From Bugula neritina (lineage: Eukaryota; Animalia; Bryozoa), in assembly GCA_964035545.1 (NCBI GenBank), contig OZ037773.1, positions 2,571,751 to 2,635,750 on the forward strand: DNA of 64,000 bases. The letters run 5' to 3'. Made by a program: the position numbers and the translations under genes. Under the pieces are notes generated by a model. It worked only from the letters and a program-made list of their open reading frames with translations. It was not told the origin of the DNA and searched no databases. Shown here in pieces: positions 61,601-64,000 of this stretch (positions within the stretch are counted from its first letter, which is position 1; the number at the start of each line of letters is the position of its first letter).

Positions 61601-62875
61601 AAGTCAATTATTCCCAAGGCTTTATTCGTTTTGTCAGTTAGCATAACATACCGTTTGAAGACAAACCCGTTACTGACCACACCCAGCTTAGGACCTTCAG
61701 TGAGTCCTTTGACATCGTTTCTTTGTGCAATAACAGGACGGGCGTTAACCGCGCCGTCATTACTGTCTACTTCAAAAAAGATGCCATTTGCAAATAAGCA
61801 GAGCATTGATTGGTCGAAATGAAGAAACATTGTTGTTATGCCAGGAAGAGGGCCTCGAGTGATGCTCGTAGAAAGTTGCTTGTCTAAGTACAACATGAGT
61901 ACTCTCTCGTTAGGTGCTGACTCGGCAACTGCAAGCTGATTGGCTGTTAGAAACACCCCTGATACTAACTTGTTGAATCTAGTGAAACTGAAATTGCCAA
62001 TGAGATCTCCACCCTCATCACAATTGCCTACGAGTGTTGAAATATTAGAAGTTCTTCTGTAGATTAACCTAATACAGTAACTCTCTAAAGCAAAAGTTAG
62101 CAAAGGCTTCTGCACAATGTCAACAATTCCATTAAATAAAACATACTCGTTCAAGTTGTCTCTAACTATGCCATCACTGCCATATAACAGCGTTAAATCT
62201 TTTGATGTCAGATTAATACTCCATATAGCATACGGATCCACTATTAACACAAGCCCAGTGTGTAGATCTCTTTGTATGGACACAATGTTGTATGGGGACA
62301 TGTCCTTATATATTTCATAGTTATAAAGAATCAGACTACAATAAGAAAGGTTTGCATTTAATTTTCCTGCTGCCATCAAATACTTTGATTACTAATCAGA
62401 ATGATGAATTGTTAACACTAAGAGCTAAACAAGAATCGCATGAATATAATATTTTGATACAAGTCAAAACAAGGCCAAACATGATATACTCACTCATCAA
62501 AAACCGATATATACGCTCCACTTTGCCCAAATGAGCCTCTCAAAAACAACATCCCACAAATGAAGAAATATTTTCCCTAAAACAAAATGGTGAATTCAAC
62601 AATTAATGTATCAAATGGTAAAGCATAATGAGAATGAAAATCAATTATAATGAACAAGGAGACACTAATGAAGGTTTTAATTGATGCTGATGAGAGTAGT
62701 CTAATCTCAAAGCCCAAGAACTACTATTATCTGAGGACACATGAAAAGAAATCGAACCTAAAGCTAATATCTGAGTTAGCAGTGAATATAGCAATCTATG
62801 TATGGTTTGACATGAGATAGATAAATAAATGTAGGCATTACTTACCCATATTTTGACAGCAGATGTGAAATGCAT
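39738..62875 (-). CDS. Receptor paralog B, same architecture as A, convergent orientation; terminal exon not resolved
   Basis: Exons (minus strand): 62875-62846, 62576-62494, 62335-61401, 60954-60837, 59707-59583, 59361-59335, 58627-58406, 57698-57679, 56411-56249, 55969-55754, 54678-54571, 53796-53570, 53167-52948, 52603-52418, 51893-51750, 50852-50682, 49804-49568, 48571-48350, 47978-47778, 47211-47020, 46819-46746, 45824-45696, 45143-45038, 44527-44406, 43671-43538, 43069-42919, 42516-42353, 41744-41611, 40499-40336, 39837-39738. N-terminus MHFTSAVKIWGKYFFICGMLFLRGSFG is signal-peptide-like; TM is LVAAFLIPFTIALAIVVLG. Confidence 0.85.
43278..43490 (-). mobile_element. Full-length SINE copy
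   Basis: Reverse complement starts gggagcagccgtggtctaggggttagagcg...ggttcgaacacc; same family as 5085-5305. Confidence 0.85.
45190..45699. repeat. 29-40-bp minisatellite containing repeated donor-like gtaagt (minus strand)
   Basis: atatacttacatatatacagttcagtgta units abutting the gene B exon end at 45696. Confidence 0.9.
45850..46195. repeat. (TG/CG)n microsatellite with 66-bp higher-order unit
   Basis: gtgtgtaggtgtgtgtgggtatgtgtgtgttcgcgtgtgc recurs three times. Confidence 0.9.
48715..48827. repeat. 24-bp tandem repeat
   Basis: ggaaatagagtacacatcaatata about four times. Confidence 0.8.
50937..51381. mobile_element. Related Tourist-like MITE subfamily
   Basis: TIR GCGTAGGGCCaCACGA...TCGTGcGGCCCTACGC, TAA target-site duplication, different interior. 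Confidence 0.75.
56760..57605. repeat. ~23-bp minisatellite (ctctactactctctctatata)
   Basis: About 35 tandem variant units. Confidence 0.95.
57818..58093. mobile_element. Small non-autonomous element with ggtaaaatggcaca subterminal repeats and G-rich interior; related fragment at ~61062-61182
   Basis: Repeated ggtaaaa(a)tggcaca at the left and inverted tgtgccatctttacc at the right. The same motif occurs as tgtgccattattacc repeats near 61100. Confidence 0.5.
61401..62335 (-). CDS. Gene B large exon: NHL-repeat-like beta-propeller domain
   Basis: ORF 61294-62379 aligns with the gene A exon (IQRD, YCIRLIYRR/YCIRRIFRR, FNKLVSGVF/FNTIISGVF, IFPE...GG). Intron phases are the same (2/1). Confidence 0.7.
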
Positions 62876-64000
62876 AGTTTAACCTGGAAAAGAATGTTTC
62901 AACAAGCGGAAATTATAATGAGTTAATATGAATATAAAATACTAAATGAAAATAAATTCCAATAGTGTGAAACTTGATTGTTGCAGGTTAACTAGTTCCA
63001 TTGTTTGGATTGAATCAGAATACAGGGAGAAATTATGTTATGTTACCGGTAACTATGTAGTAATGTCTCTTGGATAAAGAGATATGCGATTTTTAATTGC
63101 TTTTTATGCAATAACCTAATTCGTCTTTCAACCTCCATCTTGTAAGTACAGAGCACATTAAATTTCTCTACGAAGTACTTTTTAGAATTACGGGTTAATG
63201 GAGAAATGGGATTGCACATGAAAAGCCTATTGTAACACTGACACGGCTATGAAATCAAACTGATAATTAATTTTGGCCACTCTGATTAATATTCAAGACT
63301 GTTATCAACTGCTATAAATATATAATTTGAAGTTGGACAACCGAAAACTATACACATGAGAGAAGACATTGTTTGCTGACCAAGAACTTAAATTACTGAA
63401 ACTATCTGTTTCCATGCTCAATCATAAAGTCTATTTGGTCAACAGCTTTCCGCATGGTAACTAATAATATAGTCAAAATGAGTGTCATATATGAACAATC
63501 TTTCAAGGTAACAAGCTTGGAACAAGAACCATCAAATAGTGTTTGTCTTTATATGCACTGTTTATTGTAGAGTCATATTCATATAATTTGGTGCATGGCA
63601 TAAATAAACATTCATTGATAACATGTCATTGGTTATAAATATAAAATATGTATGCCATGACTAAAATATATGGCGAAGTAAAATTAGAAAATTTTCAAAT
63701 GCATGTCGTACAAAAAGGTACTCCAAAGAAAAGGTAAAATCATTCACTAGAACTAGGAAAACAGTCCATAAGGCTGCAAATAGACTCTTGAACAAGAAAC
63801 AGGGTCTTTGCTTTCTTTGATTTTGCTTTTTGAGACATCATATAGTTTCTAACCGCTTTTTCCTTAAGGCAAGACAACTCTTCTATGAGCCCATCCTCGT
63901 TGCATAGTAGCTACAAGAATGCAATCTCAAAATGATAAATGGGCACAAACACCTGCAGTACCTGCCAGTGAGAAAAAATCATTTGTCACATGATCAAGCA

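Noticed and set aside
16669-62875. A and B as haplotype/assembly duplicates or a recent inverted segmental duplication
   Set aside because: Introns show no visible similarity and the proteins are deeply diverged, so they are old paralogs.

Overview
AT-rich, intron-rich animal (invertebrate-like) genomic DNA; the species cannot be assigned from the sequence. Four protein-coding genes were rebuilt by hand from splice sites and reading-frame phase. (1) A 5'-partial kanadaptin/SLC4A1AP gene (+, 258-16083). (2) A three-exon Ly6/uPAR three-finger gene with a likely GPI signal, nested antisense in kanadaptin's 8-kb intron (-, 6202-4565). (3,4) Two tail-to-tail paralogous type-I membrane receptor genes, A (+, ~16669-38392, 31 exons, ~1739 aa) and B (-, 62875 to ~39738), with matching exons and intron phases. 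Their architecture is: signal peptide, NHL-like beta-propeller on one ~950-bp exon, Cys-rich modules, two non-canonical C-type lectin domains, TSP1, about seven sushi/CCP domains, an FN3-like region, an RPTP-type juxtamembrane 'YCNGPLK' domain, a TM helix and a short tail with no phosphatase. I do not recognise this architecture as a named family, and the pair is the most novel system here. The same kanadaptin intron holds a 3.57-kb palindromic ISL2EU/Harbinger-class DNA transposon with ~690-bp near-perfect arms and a decayed transposase tail. Also present: several MITE families (AT and TWA target-site duplications), a tRNA-derived SINE family and many minisatellites, several starting at splice donors.
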